From positions 131,991,254 to 132,051,911 of the forward strand of contig NC_068983.1 in assembly GCF_001194135.2 (NCBI RefSeq): a DNA stretch of 60,658 bases, given 5' to 3'. The position numbers and the translations under genes were made by a program. The DNA is from Octopus bimaculoides. Taxonomy: Eukaryota. Below are positions 27,161-40,376 of the stretch, one piece after another. The number at the start of each line of letters is the position of its first letter. Position 1 is the first letter of the stretch. The notes beneath the pieces were generated by a model. It saw only the letters and a list, made by a program, of their open reading frames with translations, did not search any database and had not been told where the DNA came from.

Positions 27161-27572
27161 ATATATATATATAACTAGGGATAACAATGATGCGGAATTA
27201 ATGGCCTATTTAATGATCTTCTGGTTCGAGCAGCAGCTATATAAACAAATCTCCCATGAAGTGTATTCCGAGCCCATATCTTTGCTAAATGAACATGTGT
27301 AAAGTATCTAATATTTATTCTTGAAGCAAAGTGGTTGATAAACAGCTTATCATTCTTGGAAGCTGTGTTTTCAAAATAAAATTGCTACATCATTAAAATT
27401 AATTTATTTTGGTTTACGTAAGCAATGCACTTGCATTAGCTTGACTATCAGACCATTCCATACTTCTTCTTAACTTGCACGCAACTTATGTGTAGATACT
27501 CAAAATAGGTAATTACGATTGTGATTCTATGCACGCATGCATACATATATGTATACACATATATTTAAACAA

Positions 27573-27616
<44 letters not shown>

Positions 27617-28469
27617 GTACCTGTATGTATGTCTATACGCATACCCACACGTATACCAATATGAATGTATATATGGTTGAATGAATATGAGAAAAAGTAT
27701 TTGATGTATGATGTGGAGCTTATGTCTATTTGTAGTTAGTTAAACACTCACTCCATTGTTACTAGAGATTCAACTATGTCTTCATGCACGGAACATAATG
27801 ATAAATGCTTGCGTTAGTAAGAAAATGCTGAACTAACTTTCAATGCTTGTGAACATTTAGGCGTTTTGGTTCAGTGAGCTCAAGTCGCTTCTGATGTGAT
27901 GAAAGTTATTCTAGCCCTGTCATTAAACTTCATTCTCTCTGTAAGCATTTCTCTGTTTTCATAACATAAGCTATGTAAGAAAATTATCCAATGCGCCCGC
28001 TAGTTTGTACTTGATATAGTGGATTCGGATACTTCTGAAAGACAAGAAAAGATTCACTCAGCACTACAATATTATATTCAGCGCCTTCATTTGAGGCTTT
28101 AATCTGTTTCCTTTATGAAAGAATACAATATATTAACCAAAAGAAATAGTGCAGCATTGGTACCAGATAATAATTGATATTAAGTTATATTTTCTGGAAG
28201 TTTCCGATAAAATTTAATTTATTCTCACGCACTGCATATTAGTGAAAGTGTCAATAAGGTACAACTTTTGTTTTACAGTTTGGTATGAAGTGAAAGCTAT
28301 TCAGAGTCAATACCAGTCAAGCATGATATTTATTTCATCGATTTAATTTATTGCATGAATACCAAGAGAATTAATGCATATGTTTTTTTTCCAGCTTACT
28401 CTCATATCCTTCTCACCCCTACCGTACTTCATTATATTAAGCATCTGAATCATGAGATTGCTGCTGCTA

Positions 28470-28474
28470 CTGCA

Positions 28475-28508
<34 letters not shown>

Positions 28509-28518
28509 NNNNNNNNNN

Positions 28519-28560
<42 letters not shown>

Positions 28561-28562
28561 AG
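28470..28562. repeat. (CTA)n microsatellite with small gap
   Basis: Direct reading. Confidence 0.95.
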
Positions 28563-30919
28563 CTACCAATTCTGCTATTATTTTCACTGCTATTTCTGGT
28601 ATTTAAGAAAACGAGACCTATTTGCTAACTTCCATTAATATTGCCAGGCACAGGGTTCGTAATAATGTCCACAATCAGTACCCTGATTTTCCTCCAGAAA
28701 ACCTTGCTCTGTCTATTGTCGTTGATCCTCAGAATCACTCCCAAGCTCTCATTTCTCATATATCCTCTAATTCCTCAATGTAATATGAATGTGGCTGATC
28801 CTATATCTGGAATACAGTCAGTGGCTAGCAATCTCGCAAATGCACAACCTCTAACCTCACTGTGCACCATGCAAATGACTGCAATACGCAGAATGGGACG
28901 AACTTTGGAAAATAATGTGGTCAAACTGTGGCTATAACTCTTCGTTATAATCTTATTTAAGAAACTCTGGAGAGGCTTTTATTAAAATTTTCTCGCAGAG
29001 AAACTCCTGAGAGGTGGCAAATTTAGTTTCCACAACAAGAAAAACATTATTGCTTGAATCTGATCCGTTCTTTCTAGGACAAGGCATAACTGTTAGGAAT
29101 ATCAGCGTAATATAGACTTTTGCTACTATCACCCATAATTTCACGTGTAACTTACTGCTAGCTTTTTTCTGAGATCGAATAGTTACGTTGCACGCAGCAT
29201 TTCCGGCTGTCATCCAGCTAGTTAAAGCAAAGACACAACTATATTAAATAGACAAGCATTCCAGTAAAACAAGTCCCTGCACTGCATTAAATTCCTTCAT
29301 CGAGTAGCGAGCAGTAAGACCACCAAAGTGCTACGGTCAATGCATATTTCAGTTACTGTGTGCTCCATTTTTATTATAGGGACGACAACCTATATTTCAG
29401 ATGCCTCGTACACAGTAGTGGTTGCATCGTTATAAAACTGGTGGGTTAGGTTTGCAATAAAACAGGAAATAAATATAGCGTAAACACAGAAATCGTTAAA
29501 ATTTATTAACATTTGGTATATTTGGAAGAAATCATTGAAAATATTTCACGTTACCCGCCTACACACTCACAGGAAACCATTGGTAAAGGGAACGTCCCGT
29601 ACTGGACCTTGGTACACTCAAAAATACATGTAGATTCTCTCCCCTTGAAGGAGATATATTCCTGTAGCTTTACGCCTACGTGGACAATTTATCTCCTTTA
29701 TCTACTGGCATATTTAATCTATCGGAGTTGCGCATCTGGTATTCGGTCATATTTTCTTATTGATACATAGTGTATTGTCCCCTTTACTTGGCAGGTCCGT
29801 ACTAATTCTGGGATTAACTAGTTGAATTTTCCTCTTGTGCTTACACGGTGTTTAGGGGGTGATTTCCCTTCTCTCAAAATTCTGTTGTTCTCACTTGTCA
29901 CATGACAACAGGTTTTATATTATTCGTTAGAGGGGTTGAAGTACCTTCCTTGCTTGGATTTATGACTGAGGCCAACAAAGATTTTCTGTCCCTCAAAAAA
30001 CTGAAGATGGTGTTTTCTGTATTTTCTCTGCCGTGGGCCAATTTCCTTTTTCATATCTTTTATTATCATATGATAATATGATAGCATATAGGTCGCGACT
30101 AACCTTGCCCCTCATATGTTATCGCCCTAGATACAATAGCAGATTTGAATAGGAAGACGAGTTTTGAACCCGCATAGCAAGCCATGCTTGGTATTTTATC
30201 CTATTTCTGAAAACTACGCACGCAGTACAAAACAATTTTTAATAGATGCGTAAAGGATTAATCAAATACATGAAACCCACTCATCAAATGAGAAAACAAA
30301 GACAACTAAACGGATCACAATTCATATATACTGTTCCAAATTTTATAGTCTGTTTCTATATTCAAATACCGAGTTACCAAACTGACTACACCACTGTATT
30401 TCAAATTATTTCTCCACATCATCTAGAACTCTGTTTTCTTCTTCCTATTAGTTCCGTCAAACGTTTCTTTTCTCATTATTCCTTCTACGGAGACCACGAT
30501 TTCATTAGCCCCTTCTTCTCATTCACTTCCCTTTTCTTTGTTCTTGTCTATTTCTTTCACTTCAATCTCCTCGGCTTATTTTTCCACTTCACATATCTTG
30601 CTTTACTTCTGTTTCGTCATCTTATTTAATTCGCGTTTTACTTCTACGTACCTTTTTCAAAGTTTCACGTCAATTTGTAGTTCTTTATCATTGTCTCGCA
30701 ATTAATAACTATAACTGAGCTATAGTTTGATATAACATAGTTCTTTTTTTCACTTAAATGAACAATCAATTAAATCTATATACGATGGAATGCAAATCGT
30801 GAATCAATAACACCATTTCTTAGAATCGAAAGTCAGAGAAGTTATTGTGTATAATTTTACTATAAGACGTGCTCAGCAGATTTGATTGATCCTACACTAT
30901 AAATAGGTAAAATACCAGT

Positions 30920-30963
<44 letters not shown>

Positions 30964-32637
30964 NNNNNNNNNNNNNNNNNNNNNNNNNNNNNNNNNNNNN
31001 NNNNNNNNNNNNNNNNNNNNNNNNNNNNNNNNNNNNNNNNNNNNNNNNNNNNNNNNNNNNNNNNNNNNNNNNNNNNNNNNNNNNNNNNNNNNNNNNNNNN
31101 NNNNNNNNNNNNNNNNNNNNNNNNNNNNNNNNNNNNNNNNNNNNNNNNNNNNNNNNNNNNNNNNNNNNNNNNNNNNNNNNNNNNNNNNNNNNNNNNNNNN
31201 NNNNNNNNNNNNNNNNNNNNNNNNNNNNNNNNNNNNNNNNNNNNNNNNNNNNNNNNNNNNNNNNNNNNNNNNNNNNNNNNNNNNNNNNNNNNNNNNNNNN
31301 NNNNNNNNNNNNNNNNNNNNNNNNNNNNNNNNNNNNNNNNNNNNNNNNNNNNNNNNNNNNNNNNNNNNNNNNNNNNNNNNNNNNNNNNNNNNNNNNNNNN
31401 NNNNNNNNNNNNNNNNNNNNNNNNNNNNNNNNNNNNNNNNNNNNNNNNNNNNNNNNNNNNNNNNNNNNNNNNNNNNNNNNNNNNNNNNNNNNNNNNNNNN
31501 NNNNNNNNNNNNNNNNNNNNNNNNNNNNNNNNNNNNNNNNNNNNNNNNNNNNNNNNNNNNNNNNNNNNNNNNNNNNNNNNNNNNNNNNNNNNNNNNNNNN
31601 NNNNNNNNNNNNNNNNNNNNNNNNNNNNNNNNNNNNNNNNNNNNNNNNNNNNNNNNNNNNNNNNNNNNNATATATACATTCACAACTATTCCCACACATT
31701 CAACTGGCAATATTGATATTAATATTTTTGCAGTTAGTAAATCATATAAATCAGGAAATATTTGTAAGCGCCTAAGAACAGTAATGGAATTTGTTTTTTA
31801 TCATATTTTTTTCTTATAATGTATGAATGTGATACAAATTGATTATTACAGAAAAAAAGAAATTGTTCTTTATTACTGTTACTTCATTTATGCTTTCTAA
31901 TATTTTCTGTTTATATTGTAATAAATCAAGTAATGACATATTTCCAGCAATAAATTACTGGCTAAATTATTGATGAATATAGAGAAAACGAACAGAAACG
32001 AATCAGACATATAAAGGTCTTCTCCCTGCCAATTTATTGGTTTTACATTTTAAAAATGCATATCGTATACTTTGAAACGGTAAAACAGACAGAATATATT
32101 TTAGTGATTTGAATTACATATAAGTAAGGAGAGAAAAAATGTGAGGTTAGGCTAAATTTCACAGTGCCTCAGTCCTGCTATTATTCTAGGCTAACAGAAT
32201 TATAGCATAACAAAAGGCGGCATACTTGCATAATCGATAGTACGCCAGAAGAAATGTTTAGCGTCATTTTGTCCTTGCTGCGTTCAAATTCCGCTGATCG
32301 ATTACATAAGTAATAGTTGATCATTAGGCTTGATATGATCGACTAAGCCTTCCTACCGAAATTACTGGTATCATGCCAAAATTTGAAACCAATATTATAT
32401 GCTAACGATGAAGACATTACCATAGGAGTGTCCTTTACTGAAGGATATTACATTAATATAAATCTTATTTCTCTAAACAACATAGGAACAAGATAGTTAA
32501 TAATGAATTTTACAGGACCGAAGTTGAACCATAATAGTTTTGTTTTTAAAATGCTTTGTTAATCAACAGTACACTAATACTTCAAACGAACCGTTTCCGC
32601 ATGAAATCTTACCACCTTTAATGATAACGTGTACGAA

Positions 32638-32825
32638 GGCAGTGACCAGTCAGAATAGTTTGCACGCCGGGAAAAACACTTAGCAACATTTCATTTGTCT
32701 TAACGTTCTGATCCCAAATGCCACCACAGTCAACTTTGCCCTTGAATTTTCGCAGTCGATTTAATAAATCGGGAACTGGTATGATATAATCGACTAGTAC
32801 CGTTCCCCCAAATTTCAGACCTTGT
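32638..32825 (+). mobile_element. SINE family A (diverged)
   Basis: GCACGCCGGGAAAAACACTTAGC..GTCAACTTTGCC..CCCCCAAATTTCAGACCTTGT. Confidence 0.75.
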
Positions 32826-32974
32826 TCCAGTAGCAGACAAAGGGGGCTCGGTATATTTCAATTTAAACAAGGGTGCTATTAATGACTGACACACTGTTGA
32901 TTATATGTCTCTTCAATTAGCGGAAACCTATGATTACACAATAAATAATAATGACTTAATTGATTTTAACAATC

Positions 32975-33150
32975 CTTTCTACTATAGGTAAAAAGCCTGA
33001 AGTTTAGAGCTAGGGAAGTATTTGATTACATTGACCTTATTGTTTGCTCAACAGGTACTTACTTCATCGACCCCGAAAGTATCGAAGGCAAAGTCGAGCT
33101 CGGTCGTATATGAACGTAGACCGTTAAGACAGACGAAATGACTGGAATCG
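32975..33150 (-). mobile_element. SINE family A (diverged)
   Basis: CATCGACCCCGAAAGTATCGAAGGCAAAGTCGAGCTCGG. Confidence 0.75.
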
Positions 33151-33458
33151 CTGTCTTTTTTTCGTTGCCAATATAAATAACATTATAAACTCATTACCAA
33201 GAATTGGTTTAATTAGCATTCATTTTCTAAATTTTTTCCTATACCTGTACCACACAAGCATCCTCGATGAACACATTTAATATTATGGTTATGCTTCTAT
33301 TAACAAATAGAAATATTATTTTCATTCTTGGTTTTAATTTGCACCTCAGCAGTGAAATTAGACATCATGACCAGTGGAAAGGTGGTCGATAGCAAGATTA
33401 GCTGCCAGAGAGTCCAAGTAATTTGCAATTTAATGTGTGTCAACTAATATATTCAGAG

Positions 33459-33662
33459 TTAATGTGATGTACCGGAATCAAAGTACATCACATTGTTCTC
33501 AGTCAGAGTCAAAGCACAACGAGATGGAGGTTCTTCCAGTAAAACTTTATATATATTTGTATTCCCATCAAAATCACCACGGTCCACTTAACGAGTGTCA
33601 CTTTTGATGTCTTTCAAGTGATAAGTCAAAGTAGAACAGTGCCTGGGAATAATTTCAGATCC
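33459..33662 (-). pseudogene. Exon-like 68-codon frame with one internal stop
   Basis: Acceptor TTTCCCTTATGATTTTTAG, then GSEIIPRHCSTLTYHLKDIKSDTR*VDRGDFDGNTNIYKVLLEEPPSRCALTLTENNVMYFDSGTSH*; no family recognised. Confidence 0.25.
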
Positions 33663-33899
33663 CTAAAAATCATAAGGGAAAGCATGAAATTATTATTATT
33701 AAATCAAATTATTATCAGCGAGAAATAATGGAAGAATGTAAGTTACTAAAGCTATATGGTGATGCTAAAGTGTGAAGTGATAAGCTGTAAGAACTATACA
33801 CAAACATTAATGACATACTTTGGGTCATATATTCCACAAATTCCCATTCATAGAACTGTAGGCTGGACAGTCACAGCGAAAGTAAGCAACTTTAGCGGT

Positions 33900-34175
33900 C
33901 AAAGTTATCCATGAACCGTGAGACATTTGCCGATCCGTAGCTCACCCACATTCTGCGCTCGAGACGATTCATCAACTAAAAGGAAGTGGAAGCTTCAGTG
34001 AAGAAGTTCTTCGCCACGAAGGACAAGAACCGGTCTCAGTTTGGGTTCAGATATCTAGCAGAAAGGTGACCTCTGACGGTGCAACACGAATGCCAGGCTG
34101 TTTTTGATGTAACTTGATGAATTAATCGAATAAGTTACTAAAATATTGCGAAACATTTAATTCAATACAATATAA
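33900..34175 (+). mobile_element. mariner transposase C-terminal remnant plus 3' end
   Basis: RSRRFIN*KEVEASVKKFFATKDKNRSQFGFRYLAER*PLTVQHE resembles the mariner C-terminus. Confidence 0.75.
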
Positions 34176-34179
34176 GTCA

Positions 34180-36620
34180 ATAGTTTTCTTTTTATCACAT
34201 GTTTCCATACCGCATAAAAGCGCAGCTCTGTGTGGCTTGAATATGTGATGGGGTTAGTTTTGGTTTTATTTGGTGTTACTGTACTGCAAGTGTTTTGCGT
34301 AGAGTGTGAACAATGCCTAGCTGTGTCATTTTCTGTACGTTATATATTCGTAACGGTCGGTATGCTTTCTAAGCATACCTAACTTAGCTGATCCGAATAT
34401 TTGCCATGTAAGGTGTTCTTACCATCGTTTTAACATAGTATTCTGTTGCTGCACTTTTAAGCTTCGTTTCTAGTTCCTTTACGGCTTTTTTTTCGTTTGC
34501 TCATTTTCTTCATAGTTGTCCGATTTTATGACCACCTCTTCTTCCGATATTCTTGGCTTCTTTGAAAACGGAGGGCAGCTTTTTGTTTTGCTTATTCTTT
34601 GTGGCTATTTATAGCAGTTTTCCTTGGTTCTGACTGAAATATTTCTGTATTCTTATTCTGAATATTTTAGAGTAATTTTCTAATTTTATAAGGCCTCTCT
34701 ACCACCTTCAATTCATTGTGTATATAACATTTCTATGTCAGATTTTGAACTTATTTTTCGTCTTTACTTGTTTGCTTTTGCTAGATCATTTAGTGTCCAA
34801 ATAAGAATATTGTAACTATGACAGCTTAATTTTTGATAAGCATCATCTTATATTTCGCATTGAGCTATCTGTTAAGTACTAATCTAACTCGTCTATAATT
34901 TTCTTCCTTATATCCTCTTTCATTTGCGTGCCGTATATCATCAAGCTCATTGATTCCTAAGTATTTCTATGCGTGGGTCTGGAGTAGTTTTCTTATTTCC
35001 TCTCTTTTATCTAGTGTAATATTCTTAACTAGTTTTCGTCTTTTTAATGTCGCTTTGGCACATTTTTTCTAAACCGAAATTCATATTCATTTCTTTGGTA
35101 AATCTATGGAGTGTCAGTAGTAATGTTTCTAGTTGTTTAACATTTGCAGCATACAATCTGAGAACATCCAAATACAAGAGATGGTTGATTCATATAAAAG
35201 AGATGGTTGATATACCATATCAGTTGTATCCACATTCAGTTCTGTTTAGCATTTTGGTCAAAGGCGTCAGTGCGAGAAAGAAAAGGAGTGGAGAGAATCT
35301 GTTTGAAATATTTATTCTAATGGAGATTGATTTAGTATTTATCTTGGTGCCACCTTGTTCATGGCTGCTAGAGTTTCTATGATTTATGGGCGTGGAATAT
35401 TGTCAAAAGCATCCGGTAATTAATCAAAGCCATTCTTAGAACCTTTCTTTTGAATGTCTTCAGTTATGGCTTTGTTGATCGATAATTACTTTTTATAGCC
35501 ATATGAGACTTCGTAGTATCCCTTCTGCTCTTCTGGAAACATGTTGCTTTCTTCTAAGTGTCTGTTCATTCTAAGTAATATTAAAGCAGTTAACGCATTG
35601 TAGGTTGTAAGTTGACGTTATGTATTTGTAGTTTTGTGGTTTTGTAGTTCCAGTGGATTTAGGAATAAGGGTAGTTTTTCCCCACTTCTGTAAGCCATTC
35701 AGGTGTTGTTTGTAGATCCGTTAGCACCCACTGAACTTCTCTGCCAGCACTGAGTATCCCAGTTAAATACTTTAGCCAGAAATTGGAAATATTTTTCTCC
35801 AGTGCTTTCCAATTGTTTAATTTTGGGACTACCTGTGTTACCTCTTCCGTTATAGCTGTCTATAGTTGTTCATGTGCTGTATATCTTGTTTTATTTTTTT
35901 TCTGGGGTACTTCCTTCCCCGCCCATACTTCTATCTAAAATTCTTAAATTTGTCATGTTGCTGATGCTGCATTGTTTTTATTTTATCCAAGTCCGGGGTA
36001 GAATCGTTTGAGGTTGGTGTTAAACTGCCTATTTTGTTTAAAGAACCGTCGGTGTTTTTCATACCGACAGATTAGTTGTCCTTTAGCGAGGATATCTTGC
36101 TTTAGATCTTTCGTCTCAGCTATATCTTGTTTTGTTATTTAATATATCTGTAGCATTAGTCTATATTGCTTGTCCTTTAGTAGCGTCCTTCGATTACTAA
36201 AATCATTAATGAATGACAGATCTTTTCTTTTATCTTCTGTCTTTTTCTGGATATTAATTTTCCACATCATTTATTAAGGTTGTGATATTCCTATTTCTAT
36301 CTGTTTCAAGGAGTATTTCGTTTCCTTTCTGACCACATTGGCTGCTGCATATATTATATCATTTAAGCCGGTTATATTGACAGTTACTTATGTTGCGATT
36401 AAGTCTGTGACAACCAAATTTATGTTTTGCATTTTCTTTGCTGTCTTAGAGGCACAGTCGGTGGCTCATACAAGTTTTCTCCTTGGTTCTTAATTCTTTG
36501 ATTATGCTCAATTTTTTTAGTGTGGTTTTGGAATTCATTGTTACCAGTTTTTAGGTTTGCTCCGCGTTGTTTCGTGTTTATATTCCTGTTGTTTGGATTT
36601 GGTGTATTTTAGTCAACAGT
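34180..36620 (-). mobile_element. R4/Dong-clade LINE, ~2.4 kb decayed copy with internal deletion
   Basis: LNNWKA..NFWLKYL..PEWLT..KTTLIPK..FPEEQKG..DSLSPLLFFLALTPL..INHLLYLDVLRLY..TLHGKY..NIYNVQKMTQLGIVHTLRKTLAVQ*; 3' UTR resembles 6661-6757. The 5' boundary is approximate. Confidence 0.9.
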
Positions 36621-37074
36621 GAGCATTCATAGGTTTTCGGCTTGTTCTGTTTGGTTACTTATTTCGTTTTCATTGCACATGTTATACTTATCTATGTGGC
36701 TTATACATTCATTACTTATGTTATTGCTAAGTACTCAATAGGCATTATATGCGTTTACCTGATGTATTTTTGTTTTATTTTAAATGATCTATTTCAATTT
36801 TTGATATCTTTCTCGTTTTGAGAGAGTATCTCCTTTATAGCTTAGTCCAACATCTTAGCAGTAGCTAGGTATGTTTGTGTGTGTCGTCAAGCCAGCAACA
36901 AAAAGTGGTATGAACCCGAATCAGATGCTGTGATACAAAATAAGAATTATAAAATCTTGTAGGACATATAATTCTCATTTTTATCAAAGCCTATTATTCG
37001 TATTCATAACACTTTTCTGTTGCTTTGAAGTCACCCACAAACATTCCTAGCTACTAATAGCCACTAGGTAGTGG

Positions 37075-37375
37075 CACTTCGTGAGTTACGATGTGGGTTC
37101 CTGTTCATCTAATAAATGGAACAGCCTGCTCATTAAATTAATGTGTAAATGTTTGACCACTCCACAGACACGCGTGCACTTATATTGCTCTTAAGTAGAT
37201 TCACCATGACACGGAGTGTGACAAGGCTGGCCCTTTGAAAAACACTCCTTATTGCCACCTAAGTGGAATGGAGCAACTTAAAATAAATTCCTTGTTCAAG
37301 CACAAAGAGCACCGTCAAATTGGAACTCATAGGCTTACGATCGTGAGCCGAATACCTCAAATATTAAGCCACTCA
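37075..37375 (+). mobile_element. SINE family C (L2-like tail)
   Basis: GGAACAGCCTGCTC..CACTCCACAGACACGCG..GTGTGACAAGGCTGGCCCTTTG..GGAGCAAC..TTACGATCGTGAGCCGAA; recalled as an abundant octopus repeat, and its tail is shared with 2790-2945. Confidence 0.7.
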
Positions 37376-37549
37376 CCTTCACTCCGACTTATATCTCAAT
37401 TAATTCTTTTTACCAAACAGTCATATTTGCGTTTATACTTCTTTCACTCAAAATGTGATTGATATTCTCGTCTTGTTTCCTGCACATTGTATATTTGCTG
37501 AGGTTTGTTGATTTCAACCTTGATGAGATTCGTTCTAATGGCCTGATTT

Positions 37550-37662
<113 letters not shown>

Positions 37663-37665
37663 CAA

Positions 37666-37880
37666 AGGCGGTTAACTGGCAGAATCGTTACCACGCCGGG
37701 CGAAATGCTTATTGATATTTCCTCTGCCGCTACGTTCTGTGTTCAAATTCTGCTGATATCCACTTTGCCTTTAATCCTTTCGGGATCGATTAAATAAGTA
37801 CCAGTCATGCACTGTGGTCGATGTAATCGACTTAATCCTCTCCTCCAAGCTGGCCATGTGGCAAAAAATTTGAAATCATT
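37666..37880 (+). mobile_element. SINE family A, near full length, flanked by (TTA)n arrays
   Basis: A-box-like TGGCAGAATCG, B-box-like GTTCAAATTC and core GATCGATTAAATAAGTACCAGTCATGCACTGTGGTCGATGTAATCGAC; ends in TTA array 37878-37945. Confidence 0.88.
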
Positions 37881-37887
37881 ATTATTG

Positions 37888-37945
<58 letters not shown>

Positions 37946-38765
37946 GTTGTAGTAGTAGTATTAGTAGTTTGTAATGAAGATGAGAAATTTGACGACATAT
38001 AAACCGTTTTTCTACTGCGTTTCACTTGTGGCAAATCGTAAAATCAATTGTATTGGAAAATATCAAAGTTTACAAAATCATAAATCGAATTGTTAATATA
38101 AGATTTGTCTATAAACGAAGCTGATAAATGAATGTCATTGGTTGATTTAATTATTTATGTATGCCAGAATTGCGATAGTTCATTGTTCCATTGATGTTAT
38201 CAGTATAAACTGTCATATAAATATGAAATGAAATCCTTTGTATCGATAAGGGAAACAAATGACGTAATACGTTAAAGCATTTAGTCATCGAAGTGATGTA
38301 TTGCTAAAACTAAAATTACAGGATTACTAAAAGGGTTTGTTGCTATGTTTTAGTCCTATATCAACTCAAATCTAACAAATTCATTGTTAAAAATATCCAT
38401 CCATTACTATCCAGAGATCATGAAAACCAATATAATATGTCTCTTAACAATTATATTCTTTTGCTGGAGTGTGACTTAAGGAATATTTCGTTTCCTTGTT
38501 TAAAAATTCGTAGAAAGGATAATTTGCACACTTTTTTAAAACAAAATATGTAAAAATGGAATGTGCATTATTACAAATTGCTCAATCCAAAAGTTTCTGG
38601 ATTAATGCCAAATTGCTTTCCAGGCGTAATGACTTAATAACTGAAATACATAGTTATTTATGAATTTTCGATTGAAAATATATACCTACATTCTTTTTTA
38701 CGAGGACAATAAGAAAAGATGAAAAAAGTAGGTAAAAATACATTAAAAACCACCCCCATATAAGT

Positions 38766-39081
38766 GCAGGCATGTCTGTGTGATAAGAAGCTTGCTTCTT
38801 AACTTCAGGTTCTAGGTTGAGTCCCTCTGCGTGGCAGCATCAGTAAGTATTTTCTACTGTAGCCTCGAGCCGATCAACACCTTGTGAGTAGAATTTNNNN
38901 NNNNNNNNNNNNNNNNNNNNNNNNNNNNNNNNNNNNNNNNNNNNNNNNNNNNNNNNNNNNNNNNNNNNNNNNNNNNNNNNNNNNNNNNNNNNNNNNNNNN
39001 NNNNNNNNNNNNNNNNNNNNNNNNNNNNNNNNNNNNNNNNNNNNNNNNNNNNATATATATATATATATATATATATATGTA

Positions 39082-39122
<41 letters not shown>

Positions 39123-39190
39123 CCCCTTGAAACCCAGTGTTAGTGCGTTTATGTACCTGTAACTTGGCGGTTTCGATTATCGTAAGGTGT
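38766..39190 (+). mobile_element. SINE family B (tRNA-like head, internal microsatellite, tail), interrupted by gap
   Basis: Head GGCATGTCTGTGTGATAAGAAGCTTGCTTC..CCTTGTGAGT matches 54050-54170; tail matches 54780-54830. Confidence 0.75.
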
Positions 39191-39249
39191 ACGATATGAT
39201 CCCATATTCTTGGATTATGGAACGAATGTTGACCGATTGCTTGGAAAAC

Positions 39250-40319
39250 GTATCGTGAAGCCGAGGACGGCATGACAACATACGGAAGAAGTTTAGGGAC
39301 AATAGAAATCAGGAGAGGCATCTTCCAGTGTGACTGCTTGTCTCCACTGATCTTTGTACAGTGAATGACACCTCTAACGTTTATTTTGAGGAAAGCAAAT
39401 GCTGGGTGTGTATTCAAGAGCCACCAACAAAAAGTCAACCACTTTTTATTCATGGATGACTTCAAATTTTACGGTAAAGATGAATCCCAAGTCAGTTCCC
39501 TCGTTGATACAGTGTTTACTTTCAGTGCTGATATAAGAATGGAGTTCGGACTGTAAAAGTGTGGTGTGTTTGTCTTGAAGAGAGGCAAAATTGAATGTAT
39601 GTACGGGCTAGAGATATCGTCGGGGGAGTTTATGAAGCAGATAGAAGAGACGGGAGATATTGGAATTAGATAAATTGATAGAGAAAGAAATCACAGAAAA
39701 ATTTAAGGTGGAGTACTTGGACAGATTGAGACTGATACTGAAGTCGAAATTAAACGGACGGAATAATAGTGAAGCTATCAGCACCTGAGCGGTTTCATTC
39801 CTTAGATATGGGGCCGGAGTAACCTTAGAGAGAAAGACAAGGAAGTTGCTGACTATAGATGGGATACTCCACTCAACAAGTGACGCAGAAAGACTGTATG
39901 TCCTTAGAAAAAGAGTGGGAAGAGGACTGATTAGATGTGAACACAGTATTAGAGCAGAATGCAACATAGCCTGGTATGTAGAAAATGTCACAGATCCGCT
40001 ATTATTGGAAATAGAAAATTCACATTGTGTAAGATGTAAAATTGCGAAGATAAATCACTGTACAAGGACTTGGGAATGAATGAAACTGAAAATAGCTGGA
40101 TAGAAAATTGAATGCATGGTCAATTTCATAGGAATATTGAAGATAAGACAGAGAAATAAAGATGGCTACGGATGACTAAAAGTGATTTTATAACAGAAAA
40201 CGGAGACTCTAATCTGTGTTGCCCAAGAGGAAGAATTAAGTACCAATTACATAATATACAAAATAGACAACACATCAGAGAGTGACAAGTGCAGAATTCG
40301 TGGATAAAATGGTGAAACC

Positions 40320-40320
<1 letters not shown>
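39250..40320 (+). mobile_element. R4/Dong-clade LINE RT-to-CCHC fragment
   Basis: IEIRRGIFQCDCLSPLIF..KVNHFLFMDDFKFYGK..MEFGL*KCGV..LKSKLNGRN..AERLYVLRKRVGRGL..KIDNTSESDKCRI, cut off by (TTA)n at 40320. Confidence 0.92.
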
Positions 40321-40375
<55 letters not shown>

Positions 40376-40376
40376 G

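Noticed and set aside
28600-30050. Possible Tx1/L1-like endonuclease and zinc-finger remnants on the minus strand
   Set aside because: Only faint motif echoes (VFLVVETKF; ESTCIFEC) across frameshifts; too weak to call without a profile search.
30246-30629. 127 aa ORF as a membrane protein
   Set aside because: The F/L/S bias comes from a pyrimidine-rich strand; no splice or domain support.
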